A stretch of 63,888 nt of DNA, counting the filler, from Squatina squatina (Eukaryota), in NCBI GenBank assembly GCA_031763465.1. It is 4 parts of 3 records of this genome, joined end to end, with 100 filler letters (N's around TTAATTAATTAA, not from the genome) between each part and the next. Parts side by side here need not be neighbours in the genome. Positions count along the whole stretch, not along the records: positions 13,693 to 31,160 come from JARFOE010000016.1; positions 31,261 to 48,339 come from JARFOE010000058.1; 2 more parts are not named here. One strand, written 5' to 3'. Both the position numbers and the translations under genes were made by a program. The notes under the pieces are model-generated. The model searched no databases. It was not told where the DNA came from and worked only from the letters and a program-made list of their open reading frames with translations. Below, piece by piece: positions 26,301-40,193 of this stretch (its first letter is position 1; each line of letters begins with the position of its first letter).

Positions 26301-27674
26301 TCTTTCATGTGTCTTATCTGCAAGAGAAAAATATTATTGGGCTACAATTTCTATACAGTTAATGAAAACAGTGAGTAACCAGGAGACCAACCACGCCTTA
26401 AATTTCATCTTTTCCAGTGCAAGGGAGATTAATGAAAGGATAATAACTTAAGTTTTAGTATCCCCCCTTAAATTCATAAAAATAAGGGATTCAAATGCAT
26501 AGATTAATTAAACTTACTTTGCATTGTGATGCAGCAAGTGTCTGTCAGCTTTCCACATGAATTGTAGCAAGGTGATATTTTTTAAATGGATTAGAGATTA
26601 AGATCCTTTCTGAAATTCTGTTTTAGTTTGAAAATTGTGTTTTGTTCTTCCGAATTATGTTTGTTAGTATTGTGGTATTTGTTTCTGTGCCTCTTTTAAT
26701 TTCTCACATTGCATAATACTATCTTGTCTCTATTTACAATTCAAATCAGCATACATACTTTATGCTAATTTTCCAGGTTATGAAAACTATCCCTGTAGAA
26801 GTACAGAATAACACATGAACACATGGAAATGAGAATAATTAGCCCATAAACAGTAATATTTTTATTTTTAAATGTTCTAACATTCTATGGTAACATAATT
26901 TTGGTAATATTCTCTGCTAAGTATATTTTAATTTAATAAACCCTTCCTCACCCTCCCAAATTTTTAGGTAGCATATGGTGTGGCATGGGCAAACAACCTT
27001 AATTCAGCCTTCAGTAAATGACCCAGTTAATTTGCAGCACAAAAGGAGATTGATAATACTTCTTTGGATTGCCTTGGTTGATAGCATCACAGCATATCCA
27101 CTTAATTTTTGCCCAGGTAAATAATAATAAAATAAAAATTAAATGATTACATGGAAAGTATATCTAGAGGTAAATGTTTAATGCAGGTANNNNNNNNNNN
27201 NNNNNNNNNNNNNNNNNNNNNNNNNNNNNNNNNNNNNNNNNNNNNNNNNNNNNNNNNNNNNNNNNNNNNNNNNNNNNNNNNNNNNNNNNGAGGGCGCTTG
27301 TTTACTAGCACTCCCCACTACACAACAGAGACCTTACAAACTAAAAACCACAAAATAAAGGCCTTCTAAACCTTATAAACTATTAACCTTAACTGTCAAG
27401 TTATAGAGTAGTATAAATACTCACCTGACTGTACTCACCCAATCAGCAGATTCCTCTTACCCGCATCACTTTTTGATGTCACCCGGAACTCTGCTGCTGG
27501 TCTGTGAGGGGGACAGCTGTCGGCGCTGCTGTGAGCCTCTCCACTCCTGGCGTGCTTTTTAAACTCTCGGGTCTCGCTCTCCAGAAGGTCCTCCTCCCCC
27601 TCTCTGCTGTCTTTGAAATATTTCAATTAAGATTTCTCTTCTCGAGTCCTCCTTGTGCCCAATATAAATATATA

Positions 27675-27995
27675 TTTTTTTTAAATGCTTGGGATGTGAG
27701 CATCGCTGGCAAGGCTGGCATTGACTACCCATCCCTAGTTGCCCTGATACAACTATGTGGCTTGCTTGGCCAGAGGTCAATTAAGAGCTGAAGTGTGGGA
27801 TTGGAGTTACATATAGGCCAAACCAGGTAAGAATGGCAGGTTTCCTTCCCTGAAGGACATTAATGAACCAGTTGGATAAATCACAGTCACTTGTACTGAT
27901 ATCAGCTTTTTATTTCCAGACTTATTTTTGAATAGAATTCAAATTCTCAAAACTGCCATGGTGGGATTTGAACTAGTGTTCTCTGGATTATTAGT
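27675..27995 (-). mobile_element. LINE/SINE 3' tail family copy
   Basis: gggatgtgagcatcgctggcaaggctggcatt...ggcaggtttccttccctgaaggacatt; related copies at ~5655-5870 and ~11290-11410. Confidence 0.6.
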
Positions 27996-28378
27996 GTTAA
28001 TCTAATTAATTTTGATATTGAAGTACCATTTTTGGTTGCATAGTTTTGACTAACTCAAATCTGAAATGAGGGGAAAAAAATCTTTGGGGAATTATGACAT
28101 GCTTATAAATTTTCACTTCCCAGTTAGAAAAAGAGCATGGTATTCTTTGTATATGTTTGACACTTGGAAGTGTGATTGATGCCCTCAAAACTTTAATATA
28201 ATAGAAAGATAATTACTTTTCTAGCACAAAACTCTCGTGGGTAAAGGGCTCTAAGTGGTTATTATAATAAAGGATTGTAGTCTTGTTTTATTTTTAAAAA
28301 GTTGAAATACAATTTACAAAATGCATACTATTCAACTGTTCATATAAACGTTTTTATTTCATAATTGTTTTGTCACAG

Positions 28379-28514
28379 GTGCCATTTGGCCCACTTGCAT
28401 TTATGCCAGGACAGCTAATCCACACAAATGAAGTCACTGTTTTACTGGGTGACAATTGGTTTGCCAAGTGCTCTGCAAAGCAAGCTATTGACCTGGTGGA
28501 GCACAGGAAAAAAC
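28379..28514 (+). CDS. URI1: URI1 prefoldin-like chaperone, internal exon
   Basis: ttttgtcacag acceptor and C|gtgagt donor; VPFGPLAFMPGQLIHTNEVTVLLGDNWFAKCSAKQAIDLVEHRKK matches the recalled URI1 prefoldin domain; 136 nt, phase 0 to 1. Confidence 0.95.
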
Positions 28515-29991
28515 GTGAGTTACTTTAAATTTTAAAGCTTGAATTTTGTTATTTTCGAATGTACTTGCAGAGACAATGTTTCAGATGTTTTTCATATTAG
28601 CCACATGACCTTTTCAGGGAAGAATATCAAACAGAAGGTCCATGCAGGTAACTGGCTAGCAGTAATTGATCTTGAGGACATTTCGGGATGAAGAAATCTA
28701 ATTTACTGCTTTGTTCAGCATTGGCAGAGTGAAAACACTGTCCCTAATCTGGATCTAAATTTGCATTCTCACTCAGAGGTGCCATTAGTGCGTAGTCCAG
28801 GAAATGGAATTATCAAATTAGTGTAAAGGTGTGTTATTAAGGTAGAATACAGGGAGTGTTCTTCTGCAGCTGACCTGGGGGTCCCTGATATTGGTGCTTG
28901 AAATGGAAAGTGTGCAATCCCTGAAACTAATTCTGTCTCCCTTGATGACAACTCACCAACAAGGAGATACAAGTCTTGGACACAAAGTATTCTGCATTCA
29001 CCTATATTTCCTTTGTTAACTGATTGCTATATGGGTGCAAAAAGGTAAGACTGTTCAAAATTAACATCTTTTCTGTCTTGTTTTTTTATAGATGACACTG
29101 TATATTACNNNNNNNNNNATTACAGCACTGGAGAATAAGACAGTGAAGTGAAGGAGACTGCGTATTAAGGATGCCTTTGGGCAGCAGTTGTTCACAAGTG
29201 GAAAGACGGTCTGTGATAGCCCAAGTCCAAAAACTAATAGGACATCCCACAACTTAACAGCTGCCTGCTCTCACAGAAACTTTTCATTTTCTTTTCATTA
29301 GACAGATAATCTGATCTCCCCAGTTAGTTTTATGGGTGCCCACAGACCTAAGGTTACATGGTCCTAGCAAAGTGGAGGTCCATTATCACAGAATAAAGCC
29401 ATTGCATTGTCTCCGACTAACAAGGCTCATAAATTCAGTCAACATGTGGTATAAAGATATATAATGGGACTCAGTGGTTTGTGGAAAAACTAGACCATTA
29501 TGGTGGGGCTCGATGCACTCAATGTCATTTGATAGGTTGTTTAACTGTAAGCCAAAGAATTTCACTATGTATCCTCCATTTATCCCCTCNNNNNNNNNNN
29601 NNNNNNNNNNNNNNNNNNNNNNNNNNNNNNNNNNNNNNNNNNNNNNNNNNNNNNNNNNNNNNNNNNNNNNNNNNNNNNNNNNNNNNNNNGGTTAGATGAA
29701 GAGGGGTGGGAGGAGGCTTGTGTGGAGCATAAACACTGGCTTGGAGCAATTGGGCCAAATTGGCGGTTTCTGTGCTGTACATTCTTTGCAATTCTATGTA
29801 ATTGGCAAGTGGTGTACATAATGGAGCTGCTAACTTTAAGCCTTGGCCCCATTGCTTGAATGATCTTTTTCATATATCACTGTGTATATCTTCTAAATTA
29901 GTTTTTAACCAACCTTCCATAGATTAAAAAAAAAATCACTGGTTTTCTTAGTTGAATAATAATCATTAAATCCATCATATTTTTATTTCAG

Positions 29992-30080
29992 ATGTACAAA
30001 AAGCACTGGATGATCTTCACAAAGTTATGAACAACTTTGAATCCAGGGTTGAGTTCACTGATATGGAGAAACTGGTTGAT
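29992..30080 (+). CDS. URI1: URI1 next exon
   Basis: ttttatttcag acceptor and GAT|gtatgt donor; (H)VQKALDDLHKVMNNFESRVEFTDMEKLVD, in frame with the previous exon; 89 nt. Confidence 0.93.
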
Positions 30081-31160
30081 GTATGTGATGTTTTTGCAAT
30101 TTTTGTTTTGGCCCAGTTAACTACAAATACGTTGTAGTTAAGGATATATTCTGCATTATAAGGGAGCTCAGCATGGTTATACTATAAATAAATGGTGACG
30201 TTAAATGGCCATGTCTGAAACACAGAAGTAAATTACAGTGAGTGTTTTGGAAGTGAAAGCAACGTATTCATGTATTAATCTCCATGCTGAGTGAGGACAT
30301 TGTGAAGCAATTGGCTACTGTTCTTTAGGTGAAATTCAGGTGTGGGAAAATTTGAACAACTAAACATAAACTGGTAAGGCATCTTCAAGACAATATTTGG
30401 TCATCTAATGTAGCTTTAATTGAGACAATTGGTGGTTTTCAAATTTAAAAATAAACACATTAATCTGAATTTGAATTCTCTCTTTTTAGTGGCTAATTGT
30501 ACAGTGGCTTTGACTCAAGTGGCGATATTTGTTTTAATGNNNNNNNNNNNNNNNNNNNNNNNNNNNNNNNNNNNNNNNNNNNNNNNNNNNNNNNNNNNNN
30601 NNNNNNNNNNNNNNNNNNNNNNNNNNNNNNNNNNNNNNNTTCCCCTCGTTGGAATGTACCTCGACAATACCCGAACCATCTCTTCTTTAACAGTGCAATT
30701 ACAATTTTGCCAGCCAATCTTTGATGCCAGTTTACCCAGGCCAGGTCTGTTGTCAACCCACTGAAGTTGGCCCTCCTCCAATTAAGTATTTTGACTCTAG
30801 ATTGCTCTTTGTCCTTTCCACAGCTAACCTAAACATTACAGTTACTGTTCCCTAAATGTTCCCCGACTGAAACTTGATCCACCTGACCCACCTCATTCCC
30901 CAGAACAAGATCCAACAATCTCTCTTTCCCCACCGCTTACCAGCTTTATTTACCACGCTTCGTGCATTTATGTACGCGCATCTTAGACCTTCTTATATTT
31001 TCTCTTAGCCCCCACGTAACTCCGTACTATCTCTTACTCTACTGCTATCTGTCTCTCCCACTCTTTTGAGCACCATGTTTCACCTTTCTAATGCTGCATC
31101 CTGATGCCCATTCCCCAGTAAATTCTTTAAAATCTCCCCAGCAGGATTATAGGAGATCGG

Positions 31161-31260
31161 NNNNNNNNNNNNNNNNNNNNNNNNNNNNNNNNNNNNNNNN
31201 NNNNTTAATTAATTAANNNNNNNNNNNNNNNNNNNNNNNNNNNNNNNNNNNNNNNNNNNN
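31161..31260. other. Artificial scaffold-join spacer
   Basis: 44 N + TTAATTAATTAA (31205-31216) + 44 N. Confidence 0.97.
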
Positions 31261-31844
31261 CACAACCTTCTGACTCAGAGGCGAGAGGGTGCTACCCACT
31301 GAGCCATGGAACGGGAGGAGTGATTCAGTGCAGAGCAACTGGTAAGCCAATATACTTTAATGATTTCGACACTTCTCAAAATCCTGACCCCCTCAACTCT
31401 GACACCAGGTAATAGTAAAATAATGACTAAGTGAAGCACTAAGATTTTAGAGTGACACAAATATGACTTATCATGTGATATGATGAGTATCTCGACTGAT
31501 AAGCCTGACTGTAGCGTCATTAGTGGAAATGTTTCTTAAACCACTCTCCTCCCCATCCCCTAGTCTTTCTCTCACCTTCCTTTCCTCCACGTCCCACCGT
31601 TTTACCTTGCTTTTAAGGCAGTGGCCTTTTAATGATACCAGTAGGGTGGATCTAGGATCTGGGATCTACTCACTAGTGCTTTTGGGGCTAGAATGAAATT
31701 CCTNNNNNNNNNNTCCTGCTGCTCTCTGGACTCTCCCAACATCATCTGTTTGAGATTTCGATTTAATTTTATTTTGTTTTTTGGTGAAATGTTCCCTTTT
31801 TAGACGGTGACAGTACCTCCTAAAACTATAGTAATCATAGATTT

Positions 31845-32112
31845 TTTTGAATAGAACAGCACGGAAAGAGGCCATTCGACCCATTGAGTCTGTGCCGGCT
31901 CTTTCAATGAGCAATCCAGTCAGTCCCACTCCCCACTCTTCCCCCATATCCCTGCAATTTTCTCCTTCAAGTATTTATCCAATTCCATTTTAAAGGCTAC
32001 TATTGAATCTGGATTCACCAGCCTATCAGGCAGTGATTTCCAAATCCTAACCACTTGTTACGTAAAAGGTTTTCCCTCATGTCACCTCTGGTTCTTTTGC
32101 CAATCACCTTCA
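31845..32112 (-). mobile_element. CR1 LINE 3' tail
   Basis: KVIGKRTRGDMR C-terminal motif; closely similar to 49630-49910. Confidence 0.8.
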
Positions 32113-33004
32113 NNNNNNNNNNNNNNNNNNNNNNNNNNNNNNNNNNNNNNNNNNNNNNNNNNNNNNNNNNNNNNNNNNNNNNNNNNNNNNNNNNNNNNNN
32201 NNNNNNNNNNNNNNNNNNNNNNNNNNNNNNNNNNNNNNNNNNNNNNNNNNNNNNNNNNNNNNNNNNNNNNNNNNNNNNNNNNNNNNNNNNNNNNNNNNNN
32301 NNNNNNNNNNNNNNNNNNNNNNNNNNNNNNNNNNNNNNNNNNNNNNNNNNNNNNNNNNNNNNNNNNNNNNNNNNNNNNNNNNNNNNNNNNNNNNNNNNNN
32401 NNNNNNNNNNNNNNNNNNNNNNNNNNNNNNNNNNNNNNNNNNNNNNNNNNNNNNNNNNNNNNNNNNNNNNNNNNNNNNNNNNNNNNNNNNNNNNNNNNNN
32501 NNNNNNNNNNNNNNNNNNNNNNNNNNNNNNNNNNNNNNNNNNNNNNNNNNNNNNNNNNNNNNNNNNNNNNNNNNNNNNNNNNNNNNNNNNNNNNNNNNNN
32601 NNNNNNNNNNNNNNNNNNNNNNNNNNNNNNNNNNNNNNNNNNNNNNNNNNNNNNNNNNNNNNNNNNNNNNNNNNNNNNNNNNNNNNNNNNNNNNNNNNNN
32701 NNNNNNNNNNNNNNNNNNNNNNNNNNNNNNNNNNNNNNNNNNNNNNNNNNNNNNNNNNNNNNNNNNNNNNNNNNNNNNNNNNNNNNNNNNNNNNNNNNNN
32801 NNNNNNNNNNNNNNNNNNNNNNNNNNNNNNNNNNNNNNNNNNNNNNNNNNNNNNNNNNNNNNNNNNNNNNNNNNNNNNNNNNNNNNNNNNNNNNNNNNNN
32901 NNNNNNNNNNNNNNNNNNNNNNNNNNNNNNNNGGCTCGAGGAGCCGAATGGCCTACGCCTGCTCCTGTTCTTATGTTCAAAGGGGAGTTCAGAAGGATCA
33001 AATT

Positions 33005-33570
33005 CAGTGTTACACTGAATTGTGTCGTGGTGCATTGAATTGTGTGGTGTTGCCTGTTAAATTGCAATGTATCTTACATTATGTCACCCCATGCAATACT
33101 GTATTCTGTTAAATTACATTGTTGGGTGTTAAACTGTGATGCATTGTGCTGTGCTAAATTACTGGTATATATTATGCTATTATATTTTAGATTACATTCT
33201 GCTGTTATACATCTGGCATTATTTTGTTTTTTTTTATTCTGTCCTGTGTTACGTTATGTTGTTAGAATATTATCCTGTTATTAGCTTACATTATAATGCA
33301 CTGTTATACGAGATTATATTGTTAGAATGTCATAGTGTATTGCATTAGATAATATATCAGATAAACTGTGCTATTACTTTAGATTATATTGTACTGTCTT
33401 GTGCTTCGTTAAATTTTATGTGCTGTTATATTAGTTTATATTCCACTTATATCAGAATATAATTGTGTTGTGTTATATTAGTTTACACTATTTTGCATTA
33501 TATTAGATATTATTGTTTTTATGTTATTTTAGTGGAATACTGCAATATATTGTGTATTTATATTATGTTA
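33005..33570. repeat. Degenerate AT-rich pentamer low-complexity tract (TATTG/TGTTA-like)
   Basis: Visible ~5-bp periodicity (tgtta, tatta, tattg). Confidence 0.7.
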
Positions 33571-33639
33571 GACCACTTGGCCATGCCACGTTAGACCATT
33601 TGACGGTGTCACATTTGACTATTTGGCTGTGTCACATTA

Positions 33640-34050
33640 GGTTTCGACAATGCTGCTCCCTCCCCTCCCCCAGGCGTGACGCCAGTCAGATCCCAGCAGA
33701 TTGCTGTGCTGCGCATGACTGGAGTCAGCGCCTGGGCCATTCCGGTGAAATCCTCCTTTTTTTTTGGCCGAGCGCGTTGCGGAGCGAATCCGTCAGGAGT
33801 GAGGGGAGTTCCAGTGAGGGTGAGAGGGGGAGGAGAGGGCACAGCGCGCTGCCGCCGGGGTGGCTGACGGAAAGTTTGCGAGCGGCCGCGCCATTGCTTG
33901 AATTGGAAAGTCTGAACTTGAATATTCAATTCATGGATGACCTACCAGCAGCCGGCGGGCAGGCCACGCTAAAACTGCAACTTTAGCCACTTTTACCGCT
34001 CCTCCTGACCACTCCCGCAACCCCGCAATGGGGCGATTAAAAAAATATCC
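33640..34050. mobile_element. GC-rich non-autonomous DNA transposon fragment
   Basis: GC-rich island with tgacgccag...gcgcatg and a terminal ggggcgattaaaa; family assignment by resemblance only. Confidence 0.4.
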
Positions 34051-34093
34051 GTCCAAATTCAGTTGAATTCACGGTAAAATCAGCTGCGCGTAC

Positions 34094-34335
34094 CTTCAAT
34101 CCCTGTAAAATCAGAAGGATATCAATTCAGCAGAATTCTCCTGCTCTCCGAGCCAGACAATAAAATCAGCCACGTCCAATCACACCTGCTCTCATGATCA
34201 TGACGTCCGAGTCGACAGGAGCCAATGGCAGCCCGGCTTCTGCAAACCCAGGGAACGACGCCAGCGCGAAGTGCGCAAGCGCGGTCGGAAATCACCTCCC
34301 CCAGCCCCAGCCCCAAACATAAATTATAAAAGAGC
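34094..34335 (-). promoter_or_regulatory. Candidate CpG promoter and non-coding first exon divergent from CNKSR2
   Basis: CCAAT at 34176 and 34222, TGACGT at 34201, NRF1-type TGCGCAAGCGCG at 34272, CGGAA at 34286; minus-strand donor GAAG|gtacgc at 34094/34093. Confidence 0.45.
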
Positions 34336-34669
34336 CTGGAATAGAAAGAGGGAATGCTCATATCAGTGAATTCTCCAATAATCTAGAGCACGGTGCTGGG
34401 ATGGAGGAGTCACATGCGCTAAACTCTCGTGTTTCACACTTAACTCCGTGGTATCCAAGTAGTGAATTTTCGATCCGATTTCGAACTTATGGTTTAGTAT
34501 CAACATACATTGCGATAAGGTGTGTGAACTCCAGGATATACCATCTTAACTCTACTCCAATATTTAACAATCTCAGAACATTCGAACGCAGAGGCACTTC
34601 ACCAAATGCACCCCAGACTCCGTACTGAGAATAAACAAAAAGAAAATAATTAAACTTAAGATGTTGGAA

Positions 34670-34795
34670 CTCTGAAAACAAAGTAGAAAGTGCTGGACTT
34701 TTAACGAAGGGTACAGCGCCGAAATGTTAACTTCTGTTCTCTCCACAGATGCTGCCTGACCTGCTGAGTGTTTCCAGCATTTTCGGTTTTTGGTT
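34670..34795. mobile_element. Short inverted-repeat interspersed element
   Basis: agaaagtgctgga ... ctccacagatgctgcctgacctgctgagtgtttccagcattttc; same family as 10575-10750. Confidence 0.6.
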
Positions 34796-35639
34796 TAGTA
34801 TTGAAAATTCCAGTTCTTATTGTATGCATCTTGGGTTATAAGCATCTCTCTGTCTCACCAGACCTCTGGCGCCGAGCTTGATTCCTTGATTCACTTACAG
34901 ATTTACAAAACCGAAACATGCTAGCAATTCACATTCTCTGTCACACAAAAGTACTGGGGTTGGAGGCTGAAAGGGAAAAGGATGAGAGAGGAGGGTGACT
35001 GAAAACAAAATACAGTATCACAGGGTGTATGCCAGCACCGCGGATCTACTGCAGGTGCCCGAAGAACAGTCCATTGCATAGTGCGCGCACACAGTGGCGT
35101 TCAGATTACTGTTACAGATGTCAGTTGGAGTTTCGAAGAGCTGCCAAGTCCAGATGGCCGTTGATTAGCGCATTTGCGAATGAAACTTCGGAGGCAGACA
35201 AGGTCCAAAAGATCACTGGGCATGTTCCAAATCATTTTCCAGTCGCCAGACTACTGAAACTGACCTATCAATAATCACTTAGCAGTAGCTAGTCTTTCAC
35301 TTTATGGACTTCTCATACAATATATAGTGCTGCGAAATAAAAAAAGATATTTGTTTCGACAGCAACAACTCAATTTTCGCTTTCCATCGTTTTGTATTAG
35401 TATTTACATTGAAGTACAACACGTAAGTTAACGCTTCGTGTTGCGAAAGTAATATTATTACTAGGCAGAATAAAATATATGATCCGATTACATTTATTTC
35501 AGATCTTGTTTCTGTATTTACAGTTCTTTAAGTGACAACNNNNNNNNNNNNNNNNNNNNNNNNNNNNNNNNNNNNNNNNNNNNNNNNNNNNNNNNNNNNN
35601 NNNNNNNNNNNNNNNNNNNNNNNNNNNNNNNNNNNNNNN

Positions 35640-36513
<874 letters not shown>

Positions 36514-39500
36514 TGAGCGGCGGCGTGGCTCTTGCCTCAATATTTGCCATTTATGCTTTAAATTTACAGAATCGGCGGAGAGAGTGTGGGGAGGGGGAAA
36601 CGCAATCTTGTCCAGCAAAATACATAGATAGTAACCAGCAGTCTGGCAGATACTCGTATGGGAAATCCATGTACATTAACGCACTGTACATCATCGGAAC
36701 CTGGGCACCACAATCGTCCAAATTGTGTTCGTAAATTCAGTATTCAGAATCCCCCCGCCCCCGATCTGTTGAATATCACCTTTCTTAAAAGGGGAACTTG
36801 AATCCAGTAATAATCCGAAGGTTGTTTCTATTTAGGACGCTGAATGCACTTGTCGGGTAGGCTCTGCTGCTGTGCAATGCTGCGATGCGGTATGGATTGG
36901 ATGCGGTACTGCTTCACAAGCCGGGAGTGATTTGCTGTTTCTAAAACACAGGACAGACGGGGAATCTTCGCCTTGATACCCGCCGTCCTCCGTTTGTTCG
37001 GCTCACAATTGCACAATTGACTGTATTCTGCAGTCTCGTTGCATCTCTCTCTCTCTCCCTCCCTCCCTTTCACTTCACCCCTCCTCCTGTTAATCGTGTA
37101 CTGTATTCACATCAGGCCAATGCAGCTATTGCCAAACACGGAAAATGCCATCTTTAAGCAAATGGATCAACTGCAATATTTATCCTAGCACTCGCGGAAG
37201 GCAGATGCACTTGATTCTGCAGGCGNNNNNNNNNNNNNNNNNNNNNNNNNNNNNNNNNNNNNNNNNNNNNNNNNNNNNNNNNNNNNNNNNNNNNNNNNNN
37301 NNNNNNNNNNNNNNNNNNNNNNNNNAGTGGCACTGCTCACAATAGGACAAAGGAGATGGTGTTTGATGATAAAGGGGGTATTATACCATTTAAATACAAG
37401 ATTTGTGTGTAATGTGTACCTGCGTCTGTCATGCTTCAGACATCTACGATGCAAGATTTGTGTCACACTTGCGTCTCGTGTTTGTAAATCCACAACCAAT
37501 CACAACTAAGGAGGTTGAGAGAGTACCGATGGTGAGTGGTCAACAAGCAGCAACCAATGGAAGCAGCAGAAGGGGAACCAATGAAATTGCTCCAAAATGC
37601 TTTCTGAAAATTCTTTAACCTGCCATTTTGGCTTTTCAGTCGGCGGTTGAAGTTTGTGTCCAGCTCGTTGACCAGATTCTGGTTACCTATTTTAACCAGC
37701 AATTTTTCTTCAATTTTAAACAAACATTAATATTTTGCCTTACATGCTTCATTCATGGAGAGTGTTAGAAATTAAAATGTTTTAAGTAAAATTACTGGGA
37801 CAATACAATTTATAATTGCTTTTTAAAATTTTGTTGAGCGAGAGACTCAGGCCAGCAGCCCCCTACTTACAATATCAATTAGTCAGACTATTCCATCAGT
37901 TTATGATGTGGGATTTTATAGTGAGGGTGAAAAAATATAAAACTTACAAGCTGAAATTAATTGACACCTTTACTTCTTGTACCAAATACGTCTAACATGT
38001 TACTAAATTGATCCTTTTGAAAAATATGAAAGAGCCGGACCTATTCAAAGGAGGACGGGCCTTAAATTCTATTCTATTGCTTGTGTTTAGGAAAAAGAAA
38101 GGGTTGATACAAGTGCAAGGAAATACTCCTGTGCTATGTGTATCTCTATGTAAATGTTTTTGATTAATATACTACGCAATGCCTTATTTATGTTCGAGTT
38201 TAGTTGTCAATCATGTGACTGTTCCGAGGATGTCCCTAACTAAAGTTAACACAGAGCTGTGTTCTATACCTCTTCATTAAAAAAAATGAATATATGCTCC
38301 TTGCCTAAAAACACTTGTGTTGAATCTTTTAGAACAATGAACTGTGTGGTCATTTTTAAAGGTAAATAGCCTTTTATGCCATGTGCATATTTGTAAGGGA
38401 ACCAACTCAGATGACATACAGGTCATGGTTTCTCACAGGAGTTATTATAACAGTATAATTTATCTTAAGATTACATTACAGTGAATTTGATGGCTTTCGT
38501 TCTGATGATGATGAATAAAAGGATGCAAATGTACCTTGACAATNNNNNNNNNNAGCAGTCAGCTGTATTGCAAACCCATCAATCACATGGATGCTTTTTT
38601 GGTCATTGTTATTCAGTTAGATTTTGAGTGGGGATATGGAAGGGTTCTGATTGGCTGAGAACCATTAGAAACTCACAGTAGAAACACTCTTCCATTTAGC
38701 CCGAAGATTTTTCAATTTTGTGAGATCTACTATTGTGAACTTGGGCAAATTCCAGGAAGGTAAATGTGACAATTTAATTTGAGCAAAAACACACGTACCT
38801 ATAACCCACAACTTTTAAATCTGAGATTCTCGGAGCTGCCTAGAGAGGGGAAACAAGAGGTGCATGTAGTCAACAAAATTCTGTTGGCCTGTCTTCACAT
38901 TTCTAGCTCTTGTTGATATTTGTAAACTTACTAACATGCTATTTCTGTTGAAGTATACTAATTGTGAGGATAGAACTGTGTTCCTTTGGGTAGCTGACAC
39001 TATCTTTCAGAAGTGTGGGCAGGGATCCTTGAGGGTGTGGCAAACATTGCGGGCGGAGTCCGCACAGAAGAGCTTGGTGGTGGTGCTACAATTGGTCTCA
39101 ATGTGCCTGGGCCAGCAAGGGAGACATCAGCCAGGGCACTAGTTACTCACTGGTATGGCAGTCAAGAAGTGCATTTCATATAATCGAGAATATAAGCTTA
39201 ATATACTCTTAAGATCGCCACTGAAGTTCTTAATACCAAACTGGGTCATTGGTTAAAGTGTCTTGAGGTGTTTGCTTTGGCCGAAGGCAAATACGACTCT
39301 TGCAGGAAACCAGAGTTATCATTAGGAGCAAGTGTAATAATCTGTGCTCCAAGCAAGCTCTTCACTCTCTCCTCTCCCCAGGAGAAAGATAGTTTACTGA
39401 AGCAAGAATATTTAATGGGGAAAACTGTTTGAAAATATAAAGAAAATGCATTTATTGATTTATGGTGAAGTAAGTTATGTTTATTTGTAGAAACTTAAGG

Positions 39501-39769
39501 TCATGTGGGATATGTATGAATATACGAAAAGGGCAGGAAAATAATATACAGCCCATGAAGCTAACCCTACCCAGGCAGGTACAGCCACATACACACTGAC
39601 CCCATAACATGTTAACTCCAAGGAGAGGCTATTAGCATACGAATGCTTAATGTATTGATTTGAAATTCCTCTCTCTCAGCAGAGATATTTACCTGTTACC
39701 AATAATGTCTCCACAGAAATAGTTGAAAGTTCATGTGTTGGTAGCTAGCAGTGGCCAGTTTTTTAAAAT

Positions 39770-40193
39770 CAGGCAGGAAAAATATGGGCTAATAAATGGA
39801 AGCCAGCATGGATTTGTTGAAGGCAAATTGTGTTTGATGAACTTGATTGAGTTCATTGATGAAGTAACGGTGAGGGTTGATGAAGGTCGTGGGGTTGATA
39901 TTGTGTATATGGACTTTAAAAAGGTGTTTGATAAAGTACCACATAATAGGCTTCTTAGCAAAATTGAAGCCTGTGGGATTGGCTGCATGGATACAAAATT
40001 GGCTAAGAGTCAGAAAATAGTGTAGTGGCGAACGGTTGTTTTTAGACTGGAGGTAAGTTGACAGTGGTGTTTTCCAGAGGTTGGCATTAGAACCACTGCT
40101 CTTTTTGATATATAAAGTAATGACATAGACTTAGGTATACAGGGCATAATTTCAAAGTTTGCAGATGACACGAAACTCAGAAATGTAGTAAAC
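39770..40193 (+). mobile_element. CR1 LINE reverse-transcriptase fragment
   Basis: SQHGFVEGKLCLMNLIEFIDEVTVRVDEGRGVDIVYMDFKKVFDKVPHNRLL followed by ISKFADDTKL. Confidence 0.92.

Noticed and set aside
27290-27620. GC-rich patch with gtgagt donors as the shared BtpA-like/URI1 promoter
   Set aside because: It lies about 0.8 kb before an internal URI1 exon and resembles a LINE 5' UTR; it encodes neither gene's N-terminus
33005-33570. Tyr/Leu/Cys-rich ORFs
   Set aside because: By-products of a degenerate pentamer repeat
34285-34335. GGAAATCACC...TATAAAA spacing reminiscent of a U6/H1-type Pol III promoter
   Set aside because: The rest of the PSE does not match and no recognisable small RNA follows
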